Below, piece after piece: positions 1 to 12,000 of a stretch of 64,000 nt of DNA. This stretch comes from Amoebophrya sp. A120 (taxonomy: Eukaryota; Protista; Dinoflagellata). Positions within the stretch are counted from its first letter, which is position 1. Every line of letters starts with the position of its first letter. Made by a program: the position numbers and the translations under genes. The notes beneath the pieces are model-generated. The model was given only the letters and a program-made list of their open reading frames with translations, had not been told where the DNA came from and did not search any database. Location of the stretch: positions 5,141,709 to 5,205,708 of the forward strand of contig CAJINV010000002.1 in NCBI GenBank assembly GCA_905178155.1, read 5' to 3'.

Positions 1-584
1 AGCAGGAGCAGCCAGCGGAGGACGAAAATAATAACACTGGCGCGGCACCACCACCGTCCTCATCTTCCACCGGCCCAAACAAGGGAGGGCGAAGCCACGG
101 CAACACGACCAGGTTTGCCACGTTGGAGGGCGACGAGCAGACCCCCTGGCGGGGGCTGAAGGTGATCAAGGGGTCCAAAGCGGGGGTGCCGCTACTGCAG
201 TCCATGGGCGTGTTTTCTGACGCGACCATGGTTTCGGTCGAGAAAAGCGGACTTCAGCAGGCGGCAAACGAGCAAGCGTCAGGTGCGCTGAGCCTCTTCA
301 GCCATCCGGGAGCCGCACAGGCCAAAGCGCAGCCGAGGTCCAAGGCAGCGTCGGTGATGGGAGCGGCCTCGACGAGCAGCAGTTCTTTTATCGAGAGAAT
401 CAAACGAAGTCAGGACCTGCTCAGCAGTTTGGCCAGCGGAGTAGACCTGGCCGGCGGGCAATTCGACAGCGGCGAACAGCAAACGTCCACCAAGCCCCCC
501 GGCACACAGATGAACCTCCTGCCGTCGTTCGACGAACTCAAGTCGTGCCTGCGGAAAAAGGGATTGAGGCGAATAAATTCGTGA
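1..584 (+). CDS. 3' end of a host gene; low-complexity protein with a possible WH2-like actin-binding motif at the C-terminus
   Basis: ORF 123..584 with coding-like composition; the gene start is probably upstream of the window. It ends FDELKSCLRKKGLRRINS*, loosely similar to WH2 (helix + LR/KK motif). Confidence 0.55.
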   Translation, partial: QEQPAEDENNNTGAAPPPSSSSTGPNKGGRSHGNTTRFATLEGDEQTPWRGLKVIKGSKAGVPLLQSMGVFSDATMVSVEKSGLQQAANEQASGALSLFSHPGAAQAKAQPRSKAASVMGAASTSSSSFIERIKRSQDLLSSLASGVDLAGGQFDSGEQQTSTKPPGTQMNLLPSFDELKSCLRKKGLRRINS

Positions 585-783
585 AGAGGACGAGCCGGGA
601 GGATAAGGAATAAGGAGGTCAATCTACTCATGAATGAAAAGATGATCTGTGCTGTTCCACTTCAAGACGACGAGAACGAGATACTGACGACGACGCTTTG
701 ATGAATACAGGTTTTATAGACGGAACGTCAAATTTGAGTATTAAGCACAAGTACAGCGACAAAAATTTTTGTGAAATTACAGA

Positions 784-791
784 AGGCAGTA
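784..791. repeat. left target-site duplication AGGCAGTA (8 bp)
   Basis: Identical to 15652-15659; lies immediately outside the TIR. Confidence 0.93.
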
Positions 792-1172
792 TATGAATGG
801 ACAAAGTACAAAAGTTCAGTATTAACTATTGCATTTTCTGAGCCGTATTTTTCATTTTCCAAAATGCAAAAACCGATTTCGATTGTCATGAAAACAATTT
901 TTTGTCATGGAGAAAACATTTCTTTGTGATGCAAAAACTAAATTCTTGAGAACGCAGAACTGCTTTCTGAAGAGCACGGATTCTATCTGAGCCACCGACT
1001 TCACTGATCCACCGAACCAACATTCTAAACACCGAAAACCAAAATATCACCAACCGAGCAAAACAACTTCAACCGAGCAAAACAAACCTTCATTTCCGGA
1101 AAATGCGAGTTCCTCTACACCGAGCTAAAATTTCGAATAGTTGTGGTTTATTACAAAACCACAACTATTCGA
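792..1172 (+). repeat. left terminal inverted repeat (381 bp)
   Basis: Reverse complement of 15271-15651, with no mismatch seen by eye. Contains reiterated ACCGA motifs (CAACCGAGCAAAACAA x2) and TGTCATG x2. Confidence 0.96.
1133..1172 (+). other. putative tyrosine-recombinase target site, left (17-bp arms, 6-bp asymmetric spacer ATTACA)
   Basis: TCGAATAGTTGTGGTTT-ATTACA-AAACCACAACTATTCGA, which is loxP/dif-like architecture. TIR homology stops exactly at its inner edge. Confidence 0.6.
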
Positions 1173-2114
1173 TTTCTCCAACACAATTGTTCAAGTTTTC
1201 AACTTAGACATCCGAAACCGACTCGCTTTCACGAACTCACGTCGCGCAATATCGGCACGCGCGACCGTGGGACCATCTTCAAAGCTCTTCATCATTTGTT
1301 CTTGGCGAAACAGCTATCGCTTCGCCATATCGTTTTTGCCTCCAAGTCCGCAGCAGAACTCACGGCGACTTGGGAGACCATATCCATCACATGGTGGGTA
1401 GAGCGAAACATTTTCAGATATGGAAGACAATCATCTTCCATCATTTGACAGTATTGTTTTTTTGCGAAGAAACTACATTCGCGAGCGAATGCAGCTTCTT
1501 CACGAGAGGACGGTGAAGGTGTTGATACAAACGCCACGTCGAAAGACGTGACGATAAAGAAGAGTCCAGGTTGTTATTTTTCTAACAAAAAAATAAAAGA
1601 TCGAAGATTGCATTTTCATAATGTAGAAGTGCTTGTCTTTCGATGAGAAGTAGATACTGATACTCGAAAGACAAAAAAGAAATGTTACGAATATTTGCGA
1701 GTCAGCAGACGTAGATGGCAAGACATCTAAGCTGCCGACTCTAAAGAAGGCCGGTGTAGCACGAAGCATTTTCGCTTCGCTGAAATCTCAGTGATTTTTC
1801 TAATCGAAAAAGAAATTGATAATTTTTTTGAAGTAAAATAAACAAATTAGCCCCATCCGATTACGCAGGAAGGATGCGGGCTTTAATCAGACCGAATTGC
1901 GGCAGCTCGAGTGGAGTTGACGAACTCATACTGATGAATATGAAATTTATATTTCTAAAAGTAGTACTGCATGTTTGTGCATAATAACTTCCGTATCTAC
2001 AGACAAAGCCAGCACTCTATCTTCAACGAGAGGTAGAAAAAAGATTACCGACAACGAAAGTCGAAATGGAAAGTTTCTGAGCACAAATACATCTCGTACG
2101 AATTTACCTTCAGA

Positions 2115-5100
2115 TTACATATTCGTGTCTAAAAAGGTAAATTCATCCAAGGTGTTGGTCCTGCTTCGCTTCGCATTGGGCGTCTCGTCATCATCCTGCT
2201 TCGCCGACTCGATGGACAGCTCGCTCATGCCGCGGGGACGCAACAACGCCGAATGGTTCCGCAACCTCATCTGCTGCTGAAAGAGCTTCACGTTGCTCGG
2301 TCCCGACAAGTTCATGCCCATGTTGTGCGACGACGAGCTGCTGCTGCGATCGCGGGTGGACTCCTCCGCGGAAGAGGATCCGGTCTGCTGCTTGACCTGC
2401 TCGGCCACCATCTTGGGATCCAGGTAGGCCTGGCAAAGACCATCGTTGTCCCAGGCGTCGGTGTTCTTGGCATCGGTGTAGAAGTTCAGGGACGCGTCCA
2501 CGTACGAGGCCTGCAGCTTGGTCGCGGCAGCGCTCAGCGCGGCGGCCGCCTTAGCAGCAGCCGTGGTCTTCTTAGCCGGGACCTCGGCACCCTTGGCGCC
2601 CGCGGGCTTGTTCAGCGGGGCCGACAAGCGGTACTCGGCGGAGAGGGAGTTCGCAAAGGCGCGGCTCGGCTCGCACTCATACCTGATAGTTTGAGATAAT
2701 GATGAGCATGACTATGAGATCATAGACAGTACATCATAAGCTATGACTATGAAGCACTTCATTAACAACAGATGATACAGAGCATGATGATGAAGATGAT
2801 GATGAAGATGATGATGAAGATGATGATGAAGATGATCATGATGAACATCAGATGACAAAAAGCATGATGATAATAAAAATACGGAATCAAGCAGTCGAAC
2901 TTCAGGTCACCCAAGCAGAGCGTGGTCATCTCGAACTTGATTCCCTTCACCTTCTTGTCGCATTTGAAGTCCAAGGTGATGGCCTTCTCTTGCAGGATCT
3001 GGCACCGCGAGGACAGCTTCATCTTCTCCATGTGGAAGTTGATGGGCACTTTGATCGGCACGACACTCACTTTCACTAATTGTTCGGAGGAGAGCGTCCA
3101 CGTCTGTCCCTGTTTCAGCCCTTTTTTGCACTGCACGGTGTAGTGACCCATGTTCAACGAAAGGCAGTCCGCCGGGAACTGATTTTTGTTGACGAAGATT
3201 TCGTTTTGAAAACAAAGTCTTTCGCAAGTGAGTGCTCGTCTTCTAAGTCTTGCCCATTTTCCTCTTCACGCTCACGTCGCGCTCACGACTAAAAAAACAT
3301 CAGAAATAAAAGTACGTCCATCAGGGCATATTGCTGCTCCTCCACCGGTTCCTTGGCCTTGGCCCGCGACTTAGCCACGCACTTCACTTGAAACCATTTG
3401 GCCTCCTCGGCCGATTTTAACTTTTCCCCTAAGGCCTCGGTCTCCTGGTTGAAAATCTCCTTCAACTGCTTCTGCTCGAGCTCGCAGGCATCTTTGTGCT
3501 TCTTGCACTTCTCTTCGTACTCCTCCTTGGCAGCGTTGACATACACCTGGTGAATAGAACCGGAAAACTGGAGGTTGAACGAACCCGGGATGAAAAGCTG
3601 GTTATCATAGGTCACTATGAATTTCTAGGAGAACGATGTCACAGCCAAATTCCAAACAATGCTCTATACTAAACATAAATATAAATATTGCAACTGCGAT
3701 ACATTCTTGGTGTGATCAGTTAAATCCAACCGAAGCGTCCCGGGAATCACGTAGAGCTGTTTTGCGAGATAGGTACTTCTACAGACGGATCGCACGCGAT
3801 CCATCGTCGAAGTGGAAGTCGCAGCTCACACACACGCTCATGGAATGGACGCAGATACTAGTTCGAATTTAAATACTCGTTGCATTCTCGCACAAACTGA
3901 AATAAAATCATAAAAAAAACCTTGGCTTTCTTGCGGGCAATCATCTCCGCCTTCATGGCTTTCTCCATGGCCTTCAAAGTGGTCTCCAAGTTGGACTTCA
4001 GCACCTTCAGATCGGCCTGGTAGTTCGCGGCCAGCGAGTGCAGCTGGTTCTTGATCTGGCGGACCTCGGGCGACATGACTTTTCCCTGAATTTCACCACT
4101 TTTCCCATCGAGGTATCCCAGCGCTTCATCAGTGGTATCGCACTCGATGGTGATCTGTGGATTATTCATAGGTAAAGTTTTCATTTTCAAATACGAACTC
4201 GCTTACATGCATTAAAACTTGCATTAGAAATTTGATCAACATGAACATCTTGATATTTGAAGACCTCGATCCCCTCCGCAAACGTGACCGTGGAGTTCAG
4301 CGTCTTGTTGTCGGCGAACCGCACGACAAAGGTACCGACCACCTTCGCGCCGTCGAAGTACGGCTTCTGCAGGTTCGCGCAGGTGCGGATCACGTTCTCG
4401 ATCTCTTTCAGCACGGAGTCGTCCAATTTCTGCTGCTCGACCAGTTTCTTACCGAAACTGAAGTCTCCGTCGTACTCGATCCTGAGTTCCTCGGGACACT
4501 TCGCAGTCACCAACGAACCGTACACGCCATCCTTGTCCTGGGGTGAGTTTTAGTTTTAGTTTAAGTGAGAGAATACTACTGGTTCGTGCGATTTGCTTTA
4601 TCTGAAAAGTTAGGACGTGACTGGAGGTAGTGCTACTGCAAGGAGAAGTTAGTATGCACTGAAATAAATCAAAATCTGAAATACGGTCCAGACAGCGCCC
4701 TGAATCTCCGGCTCCACGAATAAATCATCCTCCTCGTCGTCGGACAGCAACCCGGCATTCTTTAACATCTTTCCTTTCGGCTTCTTTTTGTTCTTGTCCA
4801 GCTTGGTCTTCCCCTTCATGGCATTTCTGCACATTTCGCTCACCAACCACACGAGGTACTGGTTGCGCACGCTATCCGATTTCTCGTCTTTCAGCCAATT
4901 CTGGCGCATCATCTGCTTGATCTCCTTCATCTGCTTCTTGTTCAAGGACACCGCGTCCGGTCCGAGCAGGAGGTGCATGAAGGTGTCCAAGATCATGTCG
5001 GTCAACGCGGGGCGGAGGTAGCGCAGTTGCAACTCGAACAGGCGGGTCCTGATGTCACAATAGATATTGATACAGATGCTGATACTGTTACTCGCAATCG

Positions 5101-7853
5101 CATTACAAAGCGAATTCGAAGTCGAGCTCGAGGCGTTCTGCTTTTACATTCACATCGAAACACACAAGACTAGTAGAATTGTCGAGTGAGAGAAAGACGA
5201 AAGCAAAACACTTGCTCGCTGCTGTTGCAGCAAGCTCGTGTGCGCAGCCGTCATCTTCAATACTTATTTCTACGTCCCCGTCTTGCTTCAGCGACAGCGT
5301 CAGCGATGCGATTGCAATGCAAAAATTCCAATTCCACTCACAGGCACATACTCAGGCAGGAGCTGCCGCTACGTCTACATCTCGAAATAGATTCTCACCA
5401 TACTGTTTACGTCGCAGCTTATTTTTGTCTTAGATATCCGCGTCACACTCACTGTCACTGCACACAGACATCAGGACGTTGTGTAGAAAAGTAGATGTAG
5501 AAGTAGTAGTAGACCACACCAACACTAACAGACTAGTAATAAAGAAAAAGCGTACTTCAGCAGCGTAGTGAACTTGCTGTCATCCTTGGAGGAACTCAGG
5601 CGCCTGATGGTCTGCAACCAGTTGGTCTGACTGCACCCGAACTCACGCCGGGCTTGGTTGATGATGTTGATCTCGCCCATACCACTGATTCCTTCGCACT
5701 GGCTCTGGTATTGTTTTGTGATTTTGTTTTCAATTTGAGTTTCATTTTCGCGAGAAATCCTGAACCATAAGATCGGATGCGAGCATCAGTTTCTATTTCA
5801 AAAATTCGCACGATCTGCTCCGCAAACCATGGCGCAACATAAAAGTAAGTACCTCGTAAAAAGCCAGCTCGTTGACTTTTTTTCCCGGGTTGTTTTTCTT
5901 GTAGGCTTTCAGTTCCGCCTCGATCTGTAATATAGTTGTGTTCATCATCATCTTCATTATCATTTTCATTATTACATCGACTTTTTCGAATCGTGAATAC
6001 CTCAGAAGCGGCAGCTACGACCTTCGCATCACATATCTCCGCAGCGATGAAGGGGAAAAAAATCGCAGGCAAGAAACAGAAGTCCGCCCTGAAGCCGAAC
6101 TTCAAAAAGACGCTGAAAAAGAAGGCAGTCGCAGCGCAGAAGGCTGTCTTGGGAAAGAAGAAACAGAAGACCATCGCAAAGCCAAGCGCCCGCAAAACGC
6201 CGAAGCGTTTGGATGTTTTTGATAGCGAAGAGCGCTCCGGGTCGCTCACGATGGGAGACTGTCTGCGGTTCGGCGACGCATTGGAAGCATCAACCGGCCG
6301 CAAGAAGGAAGCGGGCAAATTTTATAAACTCGCGTGGATTGTGGCATGCCTGACTGGCCGGCGCGGCATGGACGTAAGGCTATTGCAGCGCGGCGAATTA
6401 ACTTTGAATACCGTCCGCATCGGGAATTCAAAACTGGCGACCACAAAAGGGGGCCGGGGCAAAATCAAGAATGTGCCCATCGACCCGAGCAAAAAAACAA
6501 AGGACTTTTTGCAGGAGATGATGGACCACATGGATGACAACGGGGTCGAAAAAGATGGCCCGAATTTCAACTTTCAGAAAGAGTCATTCGAGAAGAAAAT
6601 CCGGGAAGTCCGCAAAGTCTTCGTGTGCAAAGACAAAAAATCATCCCCGCCAAGCATAATAACCTCACACACGCCGCGCAGGAGTGTGTGCTCGCACTTG
6701 TTTGCGAAGAAGGTGTCGCTCCGCACGATTATGTCAATAACTGGACACGCCAGTGTAGACACACTGCACAGATACATCCAGGGGGATTTCACATTTCAAA
6801 GACTAGCTGCAAGTAAATTAGGCGTGTGATACGATGCAGATTTTATCATGAAATCAAAAAAAACGATGAAGCTGTAGATCGACCTTGGAATGTGAAACAA
6901 AAAATTACTATACGTCGGCAAACACGGATTCGTACTTTTCGCAGAAAGTACATTTCAGCTGTCCTTGGCTCGACTCGTTGTCGAGTCTCACGAAGAGACG
7001 TAATAATTCTGGTTGCCGGTCTTGGAGAATACTCGAAAACACGAACATTCTGTAGTGTTGTATGAAGAAATAGAAATTAGAAATAGAAAATCACAAAGAT
7101 ACGTATCACCGGAGTGCTTCATAAACAACACCGCATGAAGCGCGATGAACCTTCCAGAGCTGATTGAGAGTTTCCTTCGGAACTAACTGAGAGTTGCTGG
7201 CTGCTGCAGCTACGTGGGCATTTGATACGAAACACTTCGAGCTCAAGTGGAGTTTATGTGTGTTTCATCTCTGGTCTATTCATCGGATAAACGAGAGCCG
7301 CGAATAGAGCGACTTCCTTTTTCATAAGTCAAAATTATGGCTAAGTACCTGAATCCTAAGGCCTCCCATCCCTTCGGGTCCTCCTTCAAGAATTCCTTGC
7401 CGGCTTGGAAGGAATGGTTAAGGGCGATTATTTCGAGGAACTTGTCGATGGATACGACGTAGCACAGTCTCCTCATCTGGTAGGATCCGTTCCTCATGCA
7501 GTCCAGTAAATATTGTTTATGCTTCTCATTTCGGATCATGTTCCACTTCGACTGCTTGAACTGCGGGACCAGCTCCTTCGGGATTTTCGTGCCCTGGACG
7601 AACTTGTCGTCGCGGTACCGCTTGATGAACTCGCACATGGCGGCCTTGGTCACCTGATGTTTTTTCATGTGATTATGAGAATCATGGTGCACGAGAAACA
7701 TATATAAACCACAAAACTCAACGAGGATATGCATCGACAAAAACATTGGGATGACACATCTGAAATCAAACAAATTCAGGCAAAACAGCGACGCAATACC
7801 TCGCCCTTGCGCCAGGCGCGCTTCATCTGCTCCGCCTCCAAGTCCGTCGGCAT
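2115..7853 (-). CDS. transposon cargo gene, multi-exon orphan protein (~780 aa) with coiled-coil and basic segments
   Basis: Approximate exons 7853-7800, 7654-7349, (possible micro-exon ~5604-5575), 5049-4685, 4538-~4265, ~4155-3921, 3547-3315, 3178-2883, 2683-2115. They are joined by GT-AG introns whose phases agree with the ORF track pieces. Confidence 0.72.
2784..2845. repeat. (ATGATGATGAAG)n microsatellite in an intron of the cargo gene
   Basis: Seen directly in the sequence. Confidence 0.85.
6047..6829 (+). CDS. tyrosine recombinase (phage integrase/Xer/Cre catalytic fold) with a Lys-rich N-terminal tail, intronless, 260 aa
   Basis: Full catalytic set in order: R (LTGRRGMDV), K (SKLATTK), H-x-x-R (SHTPRRS), H (ITGHAS), Y (TLHRYI). 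First ATG at 6047. Confidence 0.9.
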   Translation: MKGKKIAGKKQKSALKPNFKKTLKKKAVAAQKAVLGKKKQKTIAKPSARKTPKRLDVFDSEERSGSLTMGDCLRFGDALEASTGRKKEAGKFYKLAWIVACLTGRRGMDVRLLQRGELTLNTVRIGNSKLATTKGGRGKIKNVPIDPSKKTKDFLQEMMDHMDDNGVEKDGPNFNFQKESFEKKIREVRKVFVCKDKKSSPPSIITSHTPRRSVCSHLFAKKVSLRTIMSITGHASVDTLHRYIQGDFTFQRLAASKLGV

Positions 7854-8211
7854 GGTCTCCGTAATTTGGAGACTTTGCCCCGACGCGAGGAGCTCGATTT
7901 CCATTGTGAAAGAGATGCGTGACTAACAAATACGACAGAACCCTGCTCAGAAGCTGTGTTTTTTCATTGAAATGCGATGGAGTTGTGAGTTATTCCATGT
8001 TATTTTTATCACAAAGAGCGAGTTTTTGCATGTATCACGCAGACATTTTGCACGCGTCACGCAGACAATTTGGAGACATCATGATGGGATTTGCAAGAGC
8101 TCATTTCATTGGTGGAGCGCAAAATTTTGTGAACGTGTGATGTGCGAGAGGACGATCTTTTTTGATCCAGAACGCTCAAATAATAGAAATTCACCTTGTC
8201 CTAAAAAGGTC

Positions 8212-8346
8212 GGATTTTAGTAAATTACTAGAAATCCTTGATTTTCAAGATTTTTTTACAAAAAAAATGAGGATTTGAGCTGAAATCCTGGAAAAATGCA
8301 AAAATATTTTTGAAAATCAAGGATTTCTAGTAATTTACTAAAATCC
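8212..8346. repeat. 37-bp perfect inverted repeat with 61-bp spacer, between the transposase 3' end and the cargo gene start
   Basis: GGATTTTAGTAAATTACTAGAAATCCTTGATTTTCAA (8212-8248) and its reverse complement (8310-8346); imperfect extension TCCTAAAA/TTTTAGGA. Confidence 0.9.
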
Positions 8347-9083
8347 CACGATTTTAGGAAATGGGATTTTCACAATAAATGTCGGATATTTCATCGTTTG
8401 GGAACTGGAGGTTTCTGTGTCGGGGTGGTGAAAAATCTTGTTCGGGAAGATCAGAGCATGCCAAAATTTCTCTGGTTTATCTCTCCTCGCAACTGTGAGT
8501 GGAGTGATCGGGACCTCTTAATAAGACTCAGCTACAAGGTGGGTAGGCTGCTGGGTCGGGGAATCAAAAGCACTTTGCGCATCATCTCGAACTCAATTTA
8601 CATCCTTTTTCCTATCGGAGAGCGGGTATAATTTGCATTCAAACTCAGGGGAAGGAGGCAGCTTTCATATGAGGTCTGGGTGCTTATGTTGCGAAAAGAT
8701 CTTGGACCGAAGACGCGAGTTCCATTCTGGCAAGCTATCGCGCCACATCTACATCACTTACAACCGACAATGAATCAAGTGGCTCAGCATCATTTCCCGC
8801 ACGTTCTGAATCTGTGCGTCGTTGGTATTTGCTGCGAAGTTTCGCGTGATATTTAATGCTTCCGATCGTGAAGAATTTCATTTTTTATAATAAAAAATAC
8901 AAGTTTTCATAATTGAATTATAATTCAAATTCAATTTCAATTCGAAACAATTTTGTGTTTTTTCAAAAAAAAAACATATAAGTCTTTCAGAGACGAACAT
9001 GCTCGGCTCGTGACATCTACGTGTACACTGCGTCTGCGAATTTGTAAACAACAACTCGCAGGCGGCAGGCCCAGATGGTAGTC

Positions 9084-12000
9084 TCAGCCACGGATCGGCA
9101 TGTCGCCCAATACAGATTGATCGCTGTCGTCGGAATCCTCAACCAACTTCTCAATCTTCTTCGACTTGGTGGAGGCGATGTAGTGCGCGATCTCCCGGTA
9201 CGCAGCATCCTCCAAGTCGTCACTGACCAAGTTGTTGCTCGGCCGCTGAATCTTCAGGATATCGCACACCTTCGCGACGCAGCGCTTGCGGGCAGCGGCA
9301 ACACTAATCTTGTCGGTCATGCGACCCGCGGTGGTGCAGCCCACTCCCGTAGGTTCAAAGTCTTCATCACCAACATCAGCGGCCAGCTCGTGGACAACTC
9401 CTCTCCAGGTCGCCTGTTCGGGGCGAAATATGAAGTACACCGTGTCGGGCTGGAGCTCCGGAATCAACTGCTTCTCCGGCACCTTCGGATTATTTTTGCA
9501 AAATTGAAATCGGCATGAAGGTGTCAGTCTCTCTTCATATCTTGGTCATAATCTTCATCATCAATCAAACACACTAAAGTCGAAATGAAGTCATGACCGA
9601 AAAATCAAAAAGTAAAAATAGTACAGCAACGTGAACTTGGATCGTCCGGTGCCACGACTCTTCGCGAGACTCTCTCTCGTACGGATCCACAACAACGTGC
9701 TTCTTCTTTTCGGCCTCCGGGTCCCACTCCTTGGACGTGTCGAAGAACACTCCAGACCGCTGCATTCTCTTCTCCAACCAAAACCCCTTGTCGACGAAGA
9801 GCCAGATCCTGCCCAAAATAAAGTGCGCGCGGGCGACTTTTGCGATGGAGGCGTTGAGGAAAGAACTGGTGCTGAGCTTCTTGTTGTCCTCCGCGGATCT
9901 CGAAGCCCAGTGGGACACGGTCATCACCGAGCTCACCTCCTCGTTCAAGAGGAAGCAGTCGTACTTGTCGGCTTTGTCCATCAAGTCCTTCGGAATCTCT
10001 TGCAAGCCGATGGCTGAGGAATTCTTCTTCCTAGTCTTAAACAGGCCCAGGTAGAAACTGGCCGGGAAATCAGAATCGTTGACGAGGTATTTGGTCGTTT
10101 TTGGCTGCGGCTTCGTACAGCACCCCGGAATGTCCCCTTTTTTCATCGGGACGTACGTCGCGCGCTGCATGTGGCCTCGATTACCCGTGCGAGAGAAGCA
10201 GAAATAAGGTGGTCCATCCATGCGATGGGCGACCTTTTTGACGTGGATGTTGCCAAGCTTCACAAAGGAGTTGTCGAACAATTTGGTCCCAACTCCGCCG
10301 TACCACTGGCGGAAAAACGGCGTGTTCGGAATGTGCATGCGGATGGCGTCCGGAATGGTAAGGGCAACCTGAGTGTAGAGTTTCGCTGTAATTCGTTTAT
10401 CAGTGCGCACAGCTACAGTACCAAGCGAGTATTGAACTTGAACTTGAAGAGCACACAACTACAGAATGCAAACGCACTAGTTTCACGGAGTTGCACATTG
10501 GTATTTGAAGCGACATGAAAAAAAAAATACCTTCTGCGGAATCAGAGGACAGTAGTCGGCCACGTTCAAGTCATTGCGCACACTGGTCTTTCGTTTCCGA
10601 AACTCTGCCTTCGCGGCGATCAGGTACGGGTGGTGCTGGAGAGAATCGAAGGGGTGGTTCATCACAACCCTGACATCGCACGAGTTCTGCACCATCGCCT
10701 TCGAATGTCGGGGATCGAAAAGACACTTCCACTGCTCGAGGAGTTTCTGGTACTCCAAAAACGAGATGGGCTCACTCCGCGCGATGGAGGTGCGGATAGC
10801 AGCCCTTTCCTGCCGCATGTTTGGGCACAGTCTTTTGAACTCCATCGTTGTACTGTGAAGCGATTCGACGTACTGCATGCAGGGACTGCTCAGGACGAAG
10901 ATGGGTCCGGCCAGGCTGAACAGCTTATCCGTCATCGTTCCCTTTTCCTGCATCTCCGTCAAGTCCTTTTTCAGTTGTTCAATGAAATAAATCAAAAACG
11001 GATCAAGGGCGTCGTGCTCCAAATCGAGCAGCAGCTCGGCACACCGTTTCTTCGTATCGTTGCAGAAGAGCTTGTTCAAGATGTACGGGAAGATGTACAG
11101 CTGCACTTCCCGATAAACCGTTTTGCAGAAAAACGAGTGCTATCCTGTGCAAAAATATCGCACTAGTTCTACTTCTACTTCTAGATCTAATATAAATAGC
11201 ATGACAAATTTTCTCAGCACGAGAAATCGAATTTGTAATGCGGATTTGGTTGAGGTTGAGCTTGAAGTTGAAGTTGAAGCTGAGCTTGGAGCTGAGCTTC
11301 GCGCTCACCTGGCAAAGGTGATCGTCAAGGTGAACGTGAAACAGGAGACTTGTGATGCATGGTTACGAGTAGGAGTACTACGAGTGCGATATTTTTGCAG
11401 AGGATAAATATGCCATGGTCAGCGCATTCATATCAGAAGGCGCTCTCAGGAGGAGCTGGTGAAACAGCCGCTTGATGGTGTCCAAGGGGGTCGGCGCGCA
11501 CCGGTTTGGGACCATCTCCTCAAACTTCGCGTCGGAGAAGGCGATCTTCGGGTCGCGGATGGTCCGCGCATGCGAATGCTGCAGCTTTTCCAAAACGGCC
11601 TCAGCGCTGGTGACCTGCTTCCAAAAGTCTTCGTCGCCGGCAGCAGCCTTTGCCTTTGCGAAGATGGCCTTAGTTTCTTTCTTTCGATCCTTTTCCGACA
11701 TGCCCGCAATACCGTTCTGGATTGCAAGCTTATTCTCCTTCAACGCGGCGAGAGTCGGGTGCGCAGTCATCCAGCGGTGCTCCATGTGCTGCGGAATCTT
11801 GATGTCATCAAACCACAGCTTGGTCGCCTGTTGGATCTTGGAAACACCTGAAAGTGAAGTTTTTTTATGAAATAGAAAAAGGAATGCAACAATAGACGCA
11901 GCTTGACTTGAGCGTCGAAATTATACACGAACATCCTTATTCTCGTACTCAGTAATGAGCAAAAAAACAAAAGCACCAACATATCACTATCATCTTCATC

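Noticed and set aside
990-1130. CRISPR-like array in the ACCGA-repeat region
   Set aside because: Repeats are short and irregularly spaced, lie within the TIR and have no cas genes nearby; better explained as transposase-binding subterminal repeats.
1133-1172. protelomerase (hairpin telomere) site or bacterial terminator
   Set aside because: Protelomerase sites are palindromic through the centre, whereas this has an asymmetric 6-bp spacer. Intrinsic terminators do not apply in this eukaryotic context.
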